Source of the DNA: Polyangiales bacterium | GTDB lineage: Bacteria > Myxococcota_A > Polyangia > Polyangiales > Houyiibacteriaceae | Direction of reading: 5' to 3' | DNA length: 64,000 nucleotides | Assembly (NCBI GenBank): GCA_045106895.1 | Contig: JBGCFM010000074.1 | Location: forward strand, 12,541 to 76,540 | Shown: piece by piece, positions 9,475 through 19,030 of the stretch | How the letters are laid out: each line of letters opens with the position of its first letter | Position numbering within the stretch: position 1 is the first letter of the stretch | Notes under the pieces: generated by a model | What the model was told of the DNA's origin: nothing | The model's database searches: none | What the model saw: the letters and a program-made list of their open reading frames with translations, nothing else | Program-made: the position numbers and the translations under genes

Positions 9475-9505
9475 TTGACACTTTTAGGCGAGAAGCCTCT
9501 ACTAT
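9475..9505 (+). promoter_or_regulatory. Possible sigma70-type promoter
   Basis: TTGACA (9475-9480), a 19-nt spacer, then TACTAT (9500-9505), about 30 nt upstream of the GTG at 9538. A hairpin CCCTGCAT-CAAA-ATGCAGGG lies just upstream. The spacer is longer than optimal. Confidence 0.3.
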
Positions 9506-9537
9506 GGGGCGCATGTTGTGCAGGACACGGAGTTAGC

Positions 9538-10080
9538 GTGGAAAGTTCCCAGTTTGACCCAAGTGGGTTCTACGAATTCGATGCAGCGAGCGGAGCCATC
9601 AAGGCCCGCGGCGGACAGCGCGTGCTGGTGCTCTCCGATGCGCTGCTCGCGCCCTTGGTGGCTGCGGCGGCCTCGAGTGGAGATCTGACCCCCCTCCGCA
9701 CCCTCGGTAACGGTCTCGGCGAGCACGCGAAAGAGTCCTTGGGCGGAGATGCCGCGGGCGGAACGCCGGAGGCTGTCTTCAGCGCCGCAAGCGCTGTGAT
9801 GAGCGTCTTCGGTTGGGGACGCCTCGAAGTGGAGCGCTGGGGAGACGCCCTTGCCCTTCGCGTCGAGAGCCTTCCGGCCCTCGACGAACGACGATTGGCG
9901 GCGGCTGCGCTTCTTGGAGGACTCCTCTCAAGCTTGTCCGGCGAAGAAGCGGCGTGCGTTCCCGTCGGCGAACAGTTCCTTGTCGTGCATCCAGAGGCAG
10001 CGGACTCGGTGTGGAAGCTCGCGCGGTCCGGTGGAAGCGTGGCGTCGATCGCAGCGTCACTGCAAGGAGGCTCACGATGA
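9538..10080 (+). CDS. Hypothetical cytoplasmic protein (weak V4R-like look, unverified)
   Basis: A GTG at 9538 is preceded by GGAG at 9528-9531. The translation is VESSQFDPSGFYEFDAASGAIKARGGQRVLVLS...GWGRLEVERWGDALALRVES. The stop overlaps the next start (ATGA at 10077-10080). Confidence 0.55.
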   Translation: MESSQFDPSGFYEFDAASGAIKARGGQRVLVLSDALLAPLVAAAASSGDLTPLRTLGNGLGEHAKESLGGDAAGGTPEAVFSAASAVMSVFGWGRLEVERWGDALALRVESLPALDERRLAAAALLGGLLSSLSGEEAACVPVGEQFLVVHPEAADSVWKLARSGGSVASIAASLQGGSR

Positions 10081-10610
10081 GCAAAGAACGACTCGAGTCA
10101 CTTCTGCGTCAGGTTCAGGAGCGCCGCGACGAGCCTCGTGTTCGGAGAGCTCCTGCGGCCCAAGCCCCCGCGGCTGCCGCCGCTGCGGCGCCCGCGCCCG
10201 CGCCTCCCCAGCGCGCATCCCGGCAACGATCGGCCACGCCGCTCGAACAAGCGGTCAGCCGCGCCTCAGGCTTCGCACCCACGGCGACGAGCCCAACACT
10301 TCCGCGAAAGAAGTCGGAACCATCGTTCGACTCACCGGCGGCGCAGTACGCACGGCAGAACGCCAAGGCCAAGTCCGTAGCGCCCGCGCCAAAACCAAAG
10401 TCCATCACGCCGGCGCCGAAGAAGCCGTCCTTCTCTGCGCTGAAGCCCGCCTCGGTGAAGCCCGCTCCGATCGCGGCGCCCAAAGCCGAGCCCATCGCTG
10501 TCGCCGCCGCCGTGGTGCCAAGCGCTCCTATTACGGAGACCCGCGGCGAGAAGCCAGCGGCCAAGACCTTCGGTGCGCTCATTCTGAGAGCGCTTGAACT
10601 GCGACCCTAA
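10077..10610 (+). CDS. Pro/Ala/Lys-rich low-complexity protein
   Basis: An AAGGAGG sequence at 10064-10070 precedes the ATG at 10077. The protein starts MSKERLESLLRQVQERRDEPRV, then long PA/PK-rich tracts follow. A strong terminator lies 26 nt downstream. Confidence 0.6.
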   Translation: MSKERLESLLRQVQERRDEPRVRRAPAAQAPAAAAAAAPAPAPPQRASRQRSATPLEQAVSRASGFAPTATSPTLPRKKSEPSFDSPAAQYARQNAKAKSVAPAPKPKSITPAPKKPSFSALKPASVKPAPIAAPKAEPIAVAAAVVPSAPITETRGEKPAAKTFGALILRALELRP

Positions 10611-10635
10611 GACTAAGACCGTTCTACGTCCCTAA

Positions 10636-10678
10636 ACAAAAAGCCTCACCTGAAGACTCAGGTGGGGCTTTTGTTTTG
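10636..10678. terminator. Bidirectional Rho-independent terminator
   Basis: AAACAAAAA-GCCTCACCTGA-AGAC-TCAGGTGGGGC-TTTTGTTTT: an 11-bp stem with one G.U pair and U-runs on both strands, between convergent genes. A second hairpin, GAACGCGGC-CAAA-GCCGCGTTC, lies at 10723-10744. Confidence 0.7.
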
Positions 10679-10753
10679 GTCAGCCGCTTAGGGCTCGTCT
10701 AGGAATACGAAGGAGGGAAGGTGAACGCGGCCAAAGCCGCGTTCATCCAGCCA

Positions 10754-13700
10754 TCAGCGACGTCGCCGGCGCAGCGTAACGGCAACGCCCATCGTCATCA
10801 CCAAGAGCCACGGCAGCTCATTTCCGCCGCTCGTGTTGCTGATGCTGCAAGGAGCACCACCGGCCAGCCCGCCCGACATGGAGATCGGCTCACAAACACC
10901 GGTCTCACCACACATGAAGCCGTCGTCGCATGCATCATCGTTCATGCATTCCACGGTGCTCACACAGTCCGAAGGCATGCCCGAGCATTCGAAGCCGACC
11001 TCGATGGTGCACCCAGGGCTACAGCCGTCACCGGCTGTCATGTTGCCGTCGTCGCACCCCTCAGTGCCCATAACGACGCCATCTCCGCAGCTTTGTGTGC
11101 AAACGGATGGGGAGTCGTCGGTACACATCCAGCCGCTCTCCAGCATGCAGGTCACGGAGCAGCCGTCGCCATCGGTGAGGTTGCCATCATCGCAAGCTTC
11201 GCCGGCCTGAACTTCGCCGTTGCCGCAGACAGCGGCGCAGGTCGAAGGGTCGTCGGTGCATGTGAAGCCTGGTTCGATCATGCAACCCGCGGTGCAACCG
11301 TCGCCGTTGATGAGGTTGCCGTCGTCGCACGCTTCCATTCCGACGATCGCGCCGTCTCCGCACACCGCGAAGCAAGCAGACATCGGCATATTGTCTAGGC
11401 ACTCGAAGCCATCTTCGCCTTGGCAAGTGGAGTCGCAGCCGTCGCCGTTGAAGCGGTTGGCATCGTCGCACTGCTCTGCAGGCATGATGGTGAGCCCATC
11501 GCCGCAAACGGTTGTGCACACGGAGGCCATGCCCTCACCCGAGCCGTAGCTACATGCGTAGCCGGACTCCTGCATGCAGAGCTCGGAGCAGCCGTCGCCG
11601 GACTCGGTATTTCCATCGTCGCAAGTTTCAACACCTGGGACCTGGAAGCTGTCGCCACAAACCGCGGCGCAAGAGGAGAGCGCGCCGTCGCAGATATAGC
11701 CTTCCTCGATGGCGCAGGTGTCGGAGCAGCCGTCGTTCGCCACAAGGTTGCCGTCGTCGCATTGCTCGCCGCCCACGATGGTGCCGTCACCACACGTTGG
11801 GCCACAGGTGCTCGGTGCGCCGTCGCAGGCGAACCCTGACTCGATTTCGCAAGTGTCGTCGCAGCCGTCGCCGGGGAACTGCCCGCCGTCGTCGCATTCC
11901 TCGCCCGCGTCGAGCATTCCGTTGCCGCAGAGGTCGACACAAACAGAGGCCTCGCCGGTGCAAGCCCAGCCGGTCTCTTCCATGCACATGGCGTCGCAGC
12001 CGTCAGCCGACTCAAGGTTGGAGTCGTCGCACTGCTCGGCGCCGCGGACAAGTCCATCACCACACGTTGGGTCACAGGTCGACGGGTCTTCCGTGCCGGT
12101 GCCCGCGGAACACATCCAGCCGGCTTCGAGAACACAGAAGGCATCACAGCCATCGCGGGGTGTGAGGTTGCCGTCGTCGCAGGTCTCGGCTCCTGTCTGG
12201 AGACCGTCGCCACACTCCGGCAGACAGAACGAAGGCACGCTCGTGCAGCCGAAGCCAGGCTCGATCTCGCATGTCGCGCTGCAGCCGTCGCCATCTTCGG
12301 CGTTTGTGTCGTCGCAGGTTTCCGCGCCGCTCAACAGACCGTCACCACAAACCGTCGCGCACGTGGACGGCTCACCGCCACACATATATCCGGGCTCGGT
12401 GACACACACGTTGTCACAGCCGTCGCCGGCGTCCGTGTTTCCGTCGTCGCAAAGCTCGCCCACGTCGAGCATTCCGTTGCCGCAGTTGAGGGCGCAGGTC
12501 GAAGGAATCTCGTCGCAGGTGTACCCGGTCTCGGTTTGGCAAACGTCATTGCAGCCATCACCGCTCATCATGTTGCCATCGTCGCAGTCTTCGCCGCCGG
12601 TGATGAGACCGTCTCCGCAGAGCGGGTCGCAAACCGAAGGCCGCCCGGTGCACCCGTAGCCGGATTCGACGACGCACATGTCCGTGCAGCCATCGCCGCT
12701 CGCGAGGTTCCCGTCGTCACATGCTTCTTGGCCTGGGACAGCGTAGCCGTCACCACACACCGCGGCGCAGGCGCTCGGCTCATCCATGCAGTTCCACCCG
12801 AACTCTGGGTTGCAGCTAGCGCTGCATCCATCGAGAGGAAGTCGGTTGCCGTCATCGCACATTTCGTCGCCGGCGATGACTCCATCTCCGCAGTCCGTCG
12901 AACAGAGGGACGGCGTGATGGCGCTAGTGCCCATGGTGCAGACGAAGCCGCGCTCTGGAGTGCAGCTGTCGTCGCAGCCGTCCCCGGTGGCGGTGTTGCC
13001 GTCGTCGCACATCTCGTTGATGGTCTGGATGCCGTCGCCGCAGACTTCGTCACAGACGGCCGGCATTCCGTTGCAGACGTAGCCCGGCTCGATGGTGCAC
13101 ATCGCGCTGCAGCCATCGTTGTCCATCGTGCCACCGTCGTCGCACGCTTCGGAACCCGCGAGGGTGCCGTCTCCGCACACAGCCTCACAGACCGAAGGCA
13201 TGCCGGTGCACATGAAACCACCTTCGGGCTGGCAGATCGCGCTACAGCCATCGCCGGAGATCGTGTTTCCGTCGTCGCACATCTCCGCGCCCACTTGCAT
13301 GCCGTCGCCGCAAGTTGGCTCACACATGGCGGCGGCGTCACAGAACCCGCCGGTGCACGCCACGCCAGGAGCTTCGACGGGGTTCGAGCAGATGCCAGCG
13401 GCGCAGACGTCCTGGGTGCACTCGTTGCCGTCGGCGCAATCGCTCGCGCCCAGACAAGCCACACACATGCTTGAGGCCGTGTCGCACAAAGGCGTTGAAC
13501 CGGAGCACTGCGCGTCTGCGACACACTCAACACACATTGGCGGCGCCGATCCGTCGCAGACGCCGCCCGCGCAGGCCGTACCCACGGCGTCGGCGGTGTT
13601 CACGCACGCGTTCGCGGCGCAGGTGTCTTCGGTGCACTCGTTGCTGTCGTCGCAGTCCGATGCGCCGAGACATTCGACGCACGTATTCGTCGCCACATCA

Positions 13701-14911
13701 CACAACGGGCTCGCGCCGCTGCAGTGCGTATTCGAGAGGCACTCGACGGTTGTAACCGTGACGGTTCCTTCGTCGCAGAGCGGAATCGTCGGATGGTCGT
13801 CGCACATTCGGTAGGTCAAGACTTGAACGCCGACCACATCGGGAGCCGGCGGCGTCACATCAATGGAGCCCGCGGGTGCGCCGCCGCTTGGGGCTGCAGC
13901 AGAACCCATGGCGGGTGGCGCGACGATGGTGATGCTGTCCGCGTCGAAGCCGTTTCCGTTGGGATCCGAGAAGCCACTGGTGACAACGACGTTTGCGTCG
14001 CCGGTTCCGCGCGCTCGGGTCTGTTCGTGGTTGGCGACGGTTGGCGCCTGGTTGCATGTGCTCAGACCGAAGGGACCGGTAAGCTCATACTGCGCGCCGG
14101 GCTGCGAGAAGCCGTAGAAGCCAAGCTCGCCCTCTGGAAATGTTCCGACATAGCCAGCCTGTTCCGGCGTAACGAGGAACTCCGTGACGAGTGGTGTGGC
14201 CGGATCTGTGAGCGGAGCGATGCGAACCGTCAGCAACGTCGGCGTGTATGAAATGACAACCGTGTAGTCGGTGTTGTCGGCCCAGCCAGTTGTTCCAAGT
14301 GTGGCGGCGCGGGCGACTTCCGTCACTGGGCCGGTGTGGCCCCAAAAGTTGGTGGCGGTGGGGATACCCTGCACGCGCGAGAGCGCCATACCTGCAAGCC
14401 CTAGTGCGCTAAAGGCTGTTTGATCGGCTTGTTTCCAATCGAGGAGCAGGTAGTCCGCCATCGCGTCCGTCTCGTCTCCAGCCTCGAACCCCAAGACGAA
14501 ACCAACAAAGTCATCGTCGGATGCGGTCGCTACGCGAAAACGAAAGGAGTACGTCGAGGCGAAGCCTTCTGCGAGGATCAAGCCCACGGTGCCGCTGCCC
14601 GTGTTTGCGCTCTGCTGTCCCTGACGCCCACCGTTGCTCACGACCCAATTCGCGTTCGCGCCGGCGTAGTTCCTTTCGCCGACGCCCGTGAAACTCACCG
14701 GCCGGTCACAGCTCCAACCGCTCTCGATGGCGCACGAGGTATCGCAACCGTCGCCGTCTATCGCGTTGTCGTCGTCGCACCCTTCGGTGGTGTCGACGAC
14801 GCCATCGGGCGCTCCTCCGACACACTGAGCCGACGCATTCGCCGCTCCAAAGACGCTCGTGAACGCGACAAGCGCGGCGAGACTGAATAAGCGAGGAAGA
14901 GAGGACGTCAT
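10754..14911 (-). CDS. Giant cysteine-rich-repeat surface protein with a MYXO-CTERM-like sorting tail (1385 aa)
   Basis: The ATG at 14911 gives MTSSLPRLFSLAALVAFTSVFGAANASAQC, a signal peptide. There is one N-terminal plus 17 tandem CGDGxxxxxExCDDGNxxxGDGCxxxCxxExGxxC units, the myxococcal cysteine-rich repeat. The tail is GGAPCSISNTSGGNELPWLLVMTMGVAVTLRRRRR. Confidence 0.9.
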   Translation of the reverse strand: MTSSLPRLFSLAALVAFTSVFGAANASAQCVGGAPDGVVDTTEGCDDDNAIDGDGCDTSCAIESGWSCDRPVSFTGVGERNYAGANANWVVSNGGRQGQQSANTGSGTVGLILAEGFASTYSFRFRVATASDDDFVGFVLGFEAGDETDAMADYLLLDWKQADQTAFSALGLAGMALSRVQGIPTATNFWGHTGPVTEVARAATLGTTGWADNTDYTVVISYTPTLLTVRIAPLTDPATPLVTEFLVTPEQAGYVGTFPEGELGFYGFSQPGAQYELTGPFGLSTCNQAPTVANHEQTRARGTGDANVVVTSGFSDPNGNGFDADSITIVAPPAMGSAAAPSGGAPAGSIDVTPPAPDVVGVQVLTYRMCDDHPTIPLCDEGTVTVTTVECLSNTHCSGASPLCDVATNTCVECLGASDCDDSNECTEDTCAANACVNTADAVGTACAGGVCDGSAPPMCVECVADAQCSGSTPLCDTASSMCVACLGASDCADGNECTQDVCAAGICSNPVEAPGVACTGGFCDAAAMCEPTCGDGMQVGAEMCDDGNTISGDGCSAICQPEGGFMCTGMPSVCEAVCGDGTLAGSEACDDGGTMDNDGCSAMCTIEPGYVCNGMPAVCDEVCGDGIQTINEMCDDGNTATGDGCDDSCTPERGFVCTMGTSAITPSLCSTDCGDGVIAGDEMCDDGNRLPLDGCSASCNPEFGWNCMDEPSACAAVCGDGYAVPGQEACDDGNLASGDGCTDMCVVESGYGCTGRPSVCDPLCGDGLITGGEDCDDGNMMSGDGCNDVCQTETGYTCDEIPSTCALNCGNGMLDVGELCDDGNTDAGDGCDNVCVTEPGYMCGGEPSTCATVCGDGLLSGAETCDDTNAEDGDGCSATCEIEPGFGCTSVPSFCLPECGDGLQTGAETCDDGNLTPRDGCDAFCVLEAGWMCSAGTGTEDPSTCDPTCGDGLVRGAEQCDDSNLESADGCDAMCMEETGWACTGEASVCVDLCGNGMLDAGEECDDGGQFPGDGCDDTCEIESGFACDGAPSTCGPTCGDGTIVGGEQCDDGNLVANDGCSDTCAIEEGYICDGALSSCAAVCGDSFQVPGVETCDDGNTESGDGCSELCMQESGYACSYGSGEGMASVCTTVCGDGLTIMPAEQCDDANRFNGDGCDSTCQGEDGFECLDNMPMSACFAVCGDGAIVGMEACDDGNLINGDGCTAGCMIEPGFTCTDDPSTCAAVCGNGEVQAGEACDDGNLTDGDGCSVTCMLESGWMCTDDSPSVCTQSCGDGVVMGTEGCDDGNMTAGDGCSPGCTIEVGFECSGMPSDCVSTVECMNDDACDDGFMCGETGVCEPISMSGGLAGGAPCSISNTSGGNELPWLLVMTMGVAVTLRRRRR
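10946..13312 (-). repeat. 17 tandem coding repeats (about 45-51 codons each) of the Cys-rich CGDG...CDDGN...GDGC unit
   Basis: Counted directly from the translation. The units are diverged at the DNA level, and they generate long spurious ORFs in other frames and on the opposite strand. Confidence 0.85.
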
Positions 14912-15106
14912 TTGTGACTCACAAGGGGTTGCAGAAGGTTGCTGAAGACCGCGAAATCGGCCTTCTAAAGTTGAAGGCGGAGCCGCCGTAGGCTGCACAG
15001 GGCATGCCATGCAAAACGTCCTTGATGTAGGATCCCACAGGCAGGGGATATGTAGAGAAGAGCCTACGGTCGTCGGCTCTTGCCCACGGTCTTGAGCCGA
15101 AGGGAG

Positions 15107-18067
15107 CTACTCGAAGAGCAAGGCGGCATCGCGATGCGACTCGTGCACGGCCACCGGATGCACTTCTTCGAGGGGGAGGGGCGACCCGCTGAGGTCGGTG
15201 TAGGACAACTCGCAGCTTTTCTGGCTGGCCTTGCCCACGCTGATGACAGCACGGACGCCATAGCCCCAGTAGCATCGGTCCAGAGCGCCGATGGACTCCT
15301 TCGCTCCGAAGTTCCGCCAAGCGAGCTTCGCCGCGCGACGTCGTAGCTTGTCGAAGGGCGTAGTGGCCGAAGCGTCGAGCCGGGGCGACTGGCGCGCGAG
15401 CTGTTCGAAGGGCTGCGAGAGCTCGTGGTCCGCGAAGTAATCGGCCCAGACCTGAAGGGTTGACGCGTCGAGCTCCGCCACGTGGGCGATGCGAACCGAT
15501 GTCTCCTCCGCCAGCTTTCGTGTTTCGAGATCCGCCAGGACGTAACGATCATCCTCCGCGACACCGAGTTCGTCGCCAAACCAACAGAGCAATCTCTCCG
15601 TTGCTTGACGAAAAAGGTCGCAGCCGCCGCGTTCGGCGGCGAAGCGCGTGCCGGTCCATCGGCGCCCAAGCACCATCGCTTCTTCAAGCTGGACAGCGCT
15701 CTCCTTCTTGGCCGAACGTGCAGCGCTCCGAAACTCCTTCAGGAGCTTTCGTGCACTTGTTGCGTCCTTCGGCAAGCTCCGCCGACGGACGCCGTCCACT
15801 TCGATGGATACCTCACCACCGACGAGGGAGAGCTTCACTTCACCCGCCTTCGTGTCGATGGAGACATCGCTGGGTTGTGTGGGCATGACGGCGGCGACGA
15901 AAGGATCAAGCCGGCTCATGTAGGCAAGCGGCGCGACCTTGTGTGCTTCCGCCCGAGTCGCCAGCCGCCGCCACGCCTCGCGTTGAATCGAGGGCGCCGT
16001 GGCGTGACGCGTCCAGTAATGTAGCCACGCGTCGGCTTCCGCCGTGTTCAGCTGCCAGAGCGTGGCCATAAGCCATTTGCCGATTTGAAAGCCATAAGGC
16101 TGGAGCTCCTCCGGCGTTCGGCCAAAACGAAGCAAGGTGCTCACTCGGCCGACCCAGCCGACCTGGAAGAGGTCCGCGCGCCGGCTGATATCCCCGATAT
16201 TCTCCAGATAGGAGTCGAGGAGTCTCTCGGACAAAGCCGCAGCGTCATCGGCGTCGAGCAGAGGCACCAAGCGCATCAACGTGGCGGAAGTGAATGAGCC
16301 ATCTTCGGTTCTGAGCGCGGCGACCACGGCGCTGGCGCGAAGCTCCGCGCCCTCGACGTCGCGAATCGTTCCCCATTCCGCCCCGGACTCGTCGCTTGCG
16401 AAAGGCGCGAGCAACTCCGCGGCGCTGACTTCGGGCGCACTTTGGCCCGCGTCGAGGGCGGCGATGTCGCGAACCGAGCGGTCCGCGTCGGACACGAACT
16501 TCGCAAGCAGTTTCCGCGCAGCCTCACACTGGATGGAACTCGCGAGCGTTGCTCCCAAGACCCGCCGCGCTGAGTCCGGTGTTCCTAAGAGCTCCGCGCA
16601 CGTAGCCACCAGCTCCGCCGTATGCTCCACATTTTCCGTGGCGATGGAACGGATCGACTTGTCCGGACTAAGCAAGAGCGCCCGCCACACCTCTTGGGTA
16701 CCCACCTTCTTCTCATGAACCGCCCGTACCAACTCCAGCCGATGGGGCGCAGAGGCCAAGCGCTCCACGAAGCTCGGCGCGCGAGCGACGTCGAGAGCGA
16801 CCAGCGCTTCGATGATGTAGTACGCGTTCCGCGCGCGAGGGATCACGCAGAAGGTGCTGAACAAAGCGGACCTGAGTTCTGTATCGCCCGGGCGTGCACG
16901 CGCGATCGCGCCCGGAGCTCGAAAGAAGCGCTGCGGCTCGTTCGCGAAGCGAGCCGCGGCGACTTGCCAGACGGGGCTGCCGAGCTGCTCGTATGCATCG
17001 ACCCAGTATTCCAGAGTCTTGACGTCATGCTTGGAGGTCACCTCGTCCAAATTCACTTCGGCGACTTGTTCGGCCGAGTCGACGTGCTCGAGGAGCTCTT
17101 GCGCCGTGACGCGTATCGCCTTCTTACGTGCTTTCGTCGCGACCTGGAGCGCCGGCTTTGCCGCGACGCCTAGGTTGAGGAGGTTGAGCTTTGCGACCTC
17201 TCGCACCGTCTTGCGCGTGTCGCCGAGCAACGCCACGTTCGCCTCTGCGAAGATAGGCCGGTTCAATCGACCGAGGGCTTCGGCGATGAGGAGCGTGTGA
17301 GCAGCTCCCTTCAACGTCGGCATGAGCGCGATCAACTCGGCGGCATACCGACGGCCCACGTTCTGCCACGCGTCCCGCCACAGGCGCTTCGTGAGCTCGC
17401 TGTGGAGGTTCGCCGCCATGAACACGTCCCACGCGCTGGCGACGGCGTCGGCGCTCGCGAATTGTAGAAGGGAGTGGGCGCGGATGAACGTGCCGTCCGC
17501 CGCCAAGACGGCTTCGTCGACGATGTGTTCGCTGCGCGAGCTTCCAAGACGGTTGAGGCACGCCTCGCTCAATCCAAGAGAATCCGGGTCCACGTATCCG
17601 GTGCCAGGCCACGGCGCGCTCAACGCATCGACCCACACGCCGTCGACCCAAGCGGGTGTCTCTGCGCGGGCCAAGGTTAGAAAAGGGGCGTAGTGGCGCG
17701 CCGCGACCTCGGGTTGGCGTGCCGCGATCTCCATGACCTGCTCCGCTTCGAGCTCCACGAGCTCTTTGGCCTCCTCAGCGATGAACTTCGCTTTGGGCTT
17801 ACTCGCGAGGAGCGCCGCGCAGCGTTCCGCCGCGCTCAGATGCTCAAAGAAGGCCGCCACGCGCCAGTAACGCACCTCGCTGTCGAGGCTCTTCAGTATG
17901 TCGAGGACGTGCCCTCGCCAGACCGCTTGCGGCATCGCCGCGATGACTCCTTCTAAATTTACCAGGGACTCGCCAGCTGCGAAGAGTCGAGCGATGGCCA
18001 CCCTCTCGGCGCCGGACGGCACCCACTGCGGGTCGAGAGCGAGCTGTCGGAGGGTGCGCGCGTTCAT
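15107..18067 (-). CDS. DUF4132 domain protein, helical-repeat N-terminal region (986 aa)
   Basis: C-terminal signature of the MolR/YehI-type DUF4132: VLADLETRKLAEETSVRIAHVAELDASTLQVWADYFADHELSQPFEQLARQ. It is a paralogue of 43036..46281. Confidence 0.7.
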   Translation of the reverse strand: MNARTLRQLALDPQWVPSGAERVAIARLFAAGESLVNLEGVIAAMPQAVWRGHVLDILKSLDSEVRYWRVAAFFEHLSAAERCAALLASKPKAKFIAEEAKELVELEAEQVMEIAARQPEVAARHYAPFLTLARAETPAWVDGVWVDALSAPWPGTGYVDPDSLGLSEACLNRLGSSRSEHIVDEAVLAADGTFIRAHSLLQFASADAVASAWDVFMAANLHSELTKRLWRDAWQNVGRRYAAELIALMPTLKGAAHTLLIAEALGRLNRPIFAEANVALLGDTRKTVREVAKLNLLNLGVAAKPALQVATKARKKAIRVTAQELLEHVDSAEQVAEVNLDEVTSKHDVKTLEYWVDAYEQLGSPVWQVAAARFANEPQRFFRAPGAIARARPGDTELRSALFSTFCVIPRARNAYYIIEALVALDVARAPSFVERLASAPHRLELVRAVHEKKVGTQEVWRALLLSPDKSIRSIATENVEHTAELVATCAELLGTPDSARRVLGATLASSIQCEAARKLLAKFVSDADRSVRDIAALDAGQSAPEVSAAELLAPFASDESGAEWGTIRDVEGAELRASAVVAALRTEDGSFTSATLMRLVPLLDADDAAALSERLLDSYLENIGDISRRADLFQVGWVGRVSTLLRFGRTPEELQPYGFQIGKWLMATLWQLNTAEADAWLHYWTRHATAPSIQREAWRRLATRAEAHKVAPLAYMSRLDPFVAAVMPTQPSDVSIDTKAGEVKLSLVGGEVSIEVDGVRRRSLPKDATSARKLLKEFRSAARSAKKESAVQLEEAMVLGRRWTGTRFAAERGGCDLFRQATERLLCWFGDELGVAEDDRYVLADLETRKLAEETSVRIAHVAELDASTLQVWADYFADHELSQPFEQLARQSPRLDASATTPFDKLRRRAAKLAWRNFGAKESIGALDRCYWGYGVRAVISVGKASQKSCELSYTDLSGSPLPLEEVHPVAVHESHRDAALLFE

Positions 18068-18253
18068 CGTCGGCTAGCGGCCACAGGAGGCCAGGTGTTA
18101 GACCTGTACCACGATTCACGAAGGCTCATGGACATCCGCCTGTGACTATTAGGTATGGTTGCCGCATCGAATCATTCATAGTGGCGCCGAACGCGGACCA
18201 CGAACTGCGCCAGCTCTCTTGGCCGTCGCTGCTCCCACCCGAAAGACTTACTC

Positions 18254-19021
18254 ATGCTTCTCGTCGTCGATGTTGGAAACACTCATACCGTCGTCGGTCT
18301 CTATGATGGAGAGCGGCTCGCCCACGACTTCCGCATTGAGACCTCGCGCGACCGAACCACGGACGAGTTTCATGTTCTCCTCGCGAGCTTGCTTCAGATC
18401 GTCGGCATCGAGCGCAGCGGTGTTCGCGCCAGCATCCTCGCGTCGGTGGTCCCGGCGGTTACGGACGTCGTCGTCGAGGCCATCGACCGCGCCTTCGATC
18501 TTGAGACCCTTGTCGTCGCGCCGGGGATCAAAACCGGCATCCGGCTTCACTACGACAACCCCAAAGAGGTTGGAGCAGACCGCATCGTCAACGCCGTCGC
18601 CGCCTTCGAGCGCGTCAAAGGCGCCGTCATCGTGGTGGACTTTGGGACCGCGACGACCTTTGATTGTATCTCCGCGACCGGTGACTACTTAGGTGGCGCC
18701 ATCGCTCCTGGCATGGTCATCAGCGCGTCGGCGCTCTTCTCTCGCGCGGCGCGTCTGCCCTTCGCGGAGATCGCCAGGCCGCCCAAAGCCATCGGCCGAA
18801 ACACCGTTCACTCCATGCAGTCCGGCATCGTCTACGGCTATGTTGGGCTCGTCGATGGCATGGTGGCGCGTCTCAAGAAAGAGATGCAGGGAGAAGTCAG
18901 CGTGCTGGCGACGGGGGGCCTCGCGTCGCTCATCGAACCGGACAGCGAGACCATCGAATCCATCGACGAGTACCTCACCCTCGATGGCCTGCGCTTGCTG
19001 TGGCAGCGCAACCAAAGCTAG
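18254..19021 (+). CDS. coaX: Type III pantothenate kinase
   Basis: N-terminus MLLVVDVGNTHTVVGLYDG...; also DFGTATTFD and ATGGLA. Length 255 aa. Confidence 0.9.
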   Translation: MLLVVDVGNTHTVVGLYDGERLAHDFRIETSRDRTTDEFHVLLASLLQIVGIERSGVRASILASVVPAVTDVVVEAIDRAFDLETLVVAPGIKTGIRLHYDNPKEVGADRIVNAVAAFERVKGAVIVVDFGTATTFDCISATGDYLGGAIAPGMVISASALFSRAARLPFAEIARPPKAIGRNTVHSMQSGIVYGYVGLVDGMVARLKKEMQGEVSVLATGGLASLIEPDSETIESIDEYLTLDGLRLLWQRNQS

Positions 19022-19030
19022 CGGCAGACG

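Noticed and set aside
10833-14251. Many long ORFs in alternative frames and on the plus strand inside the Cys-rich repeat gene (e.g. 11709..12659 +, 12536..13474 +, 12568..13533 -, 11395..12294 -, 13092..13814 +).
   Set aside because: Their translations are low-complexity (S/P/A/R-rich) mirror images of the Cys/Gly/Asp codon repeats. Only the 10754..14911 minus frame gives a signal peptide, regular Cys spacing and a sorting tail.
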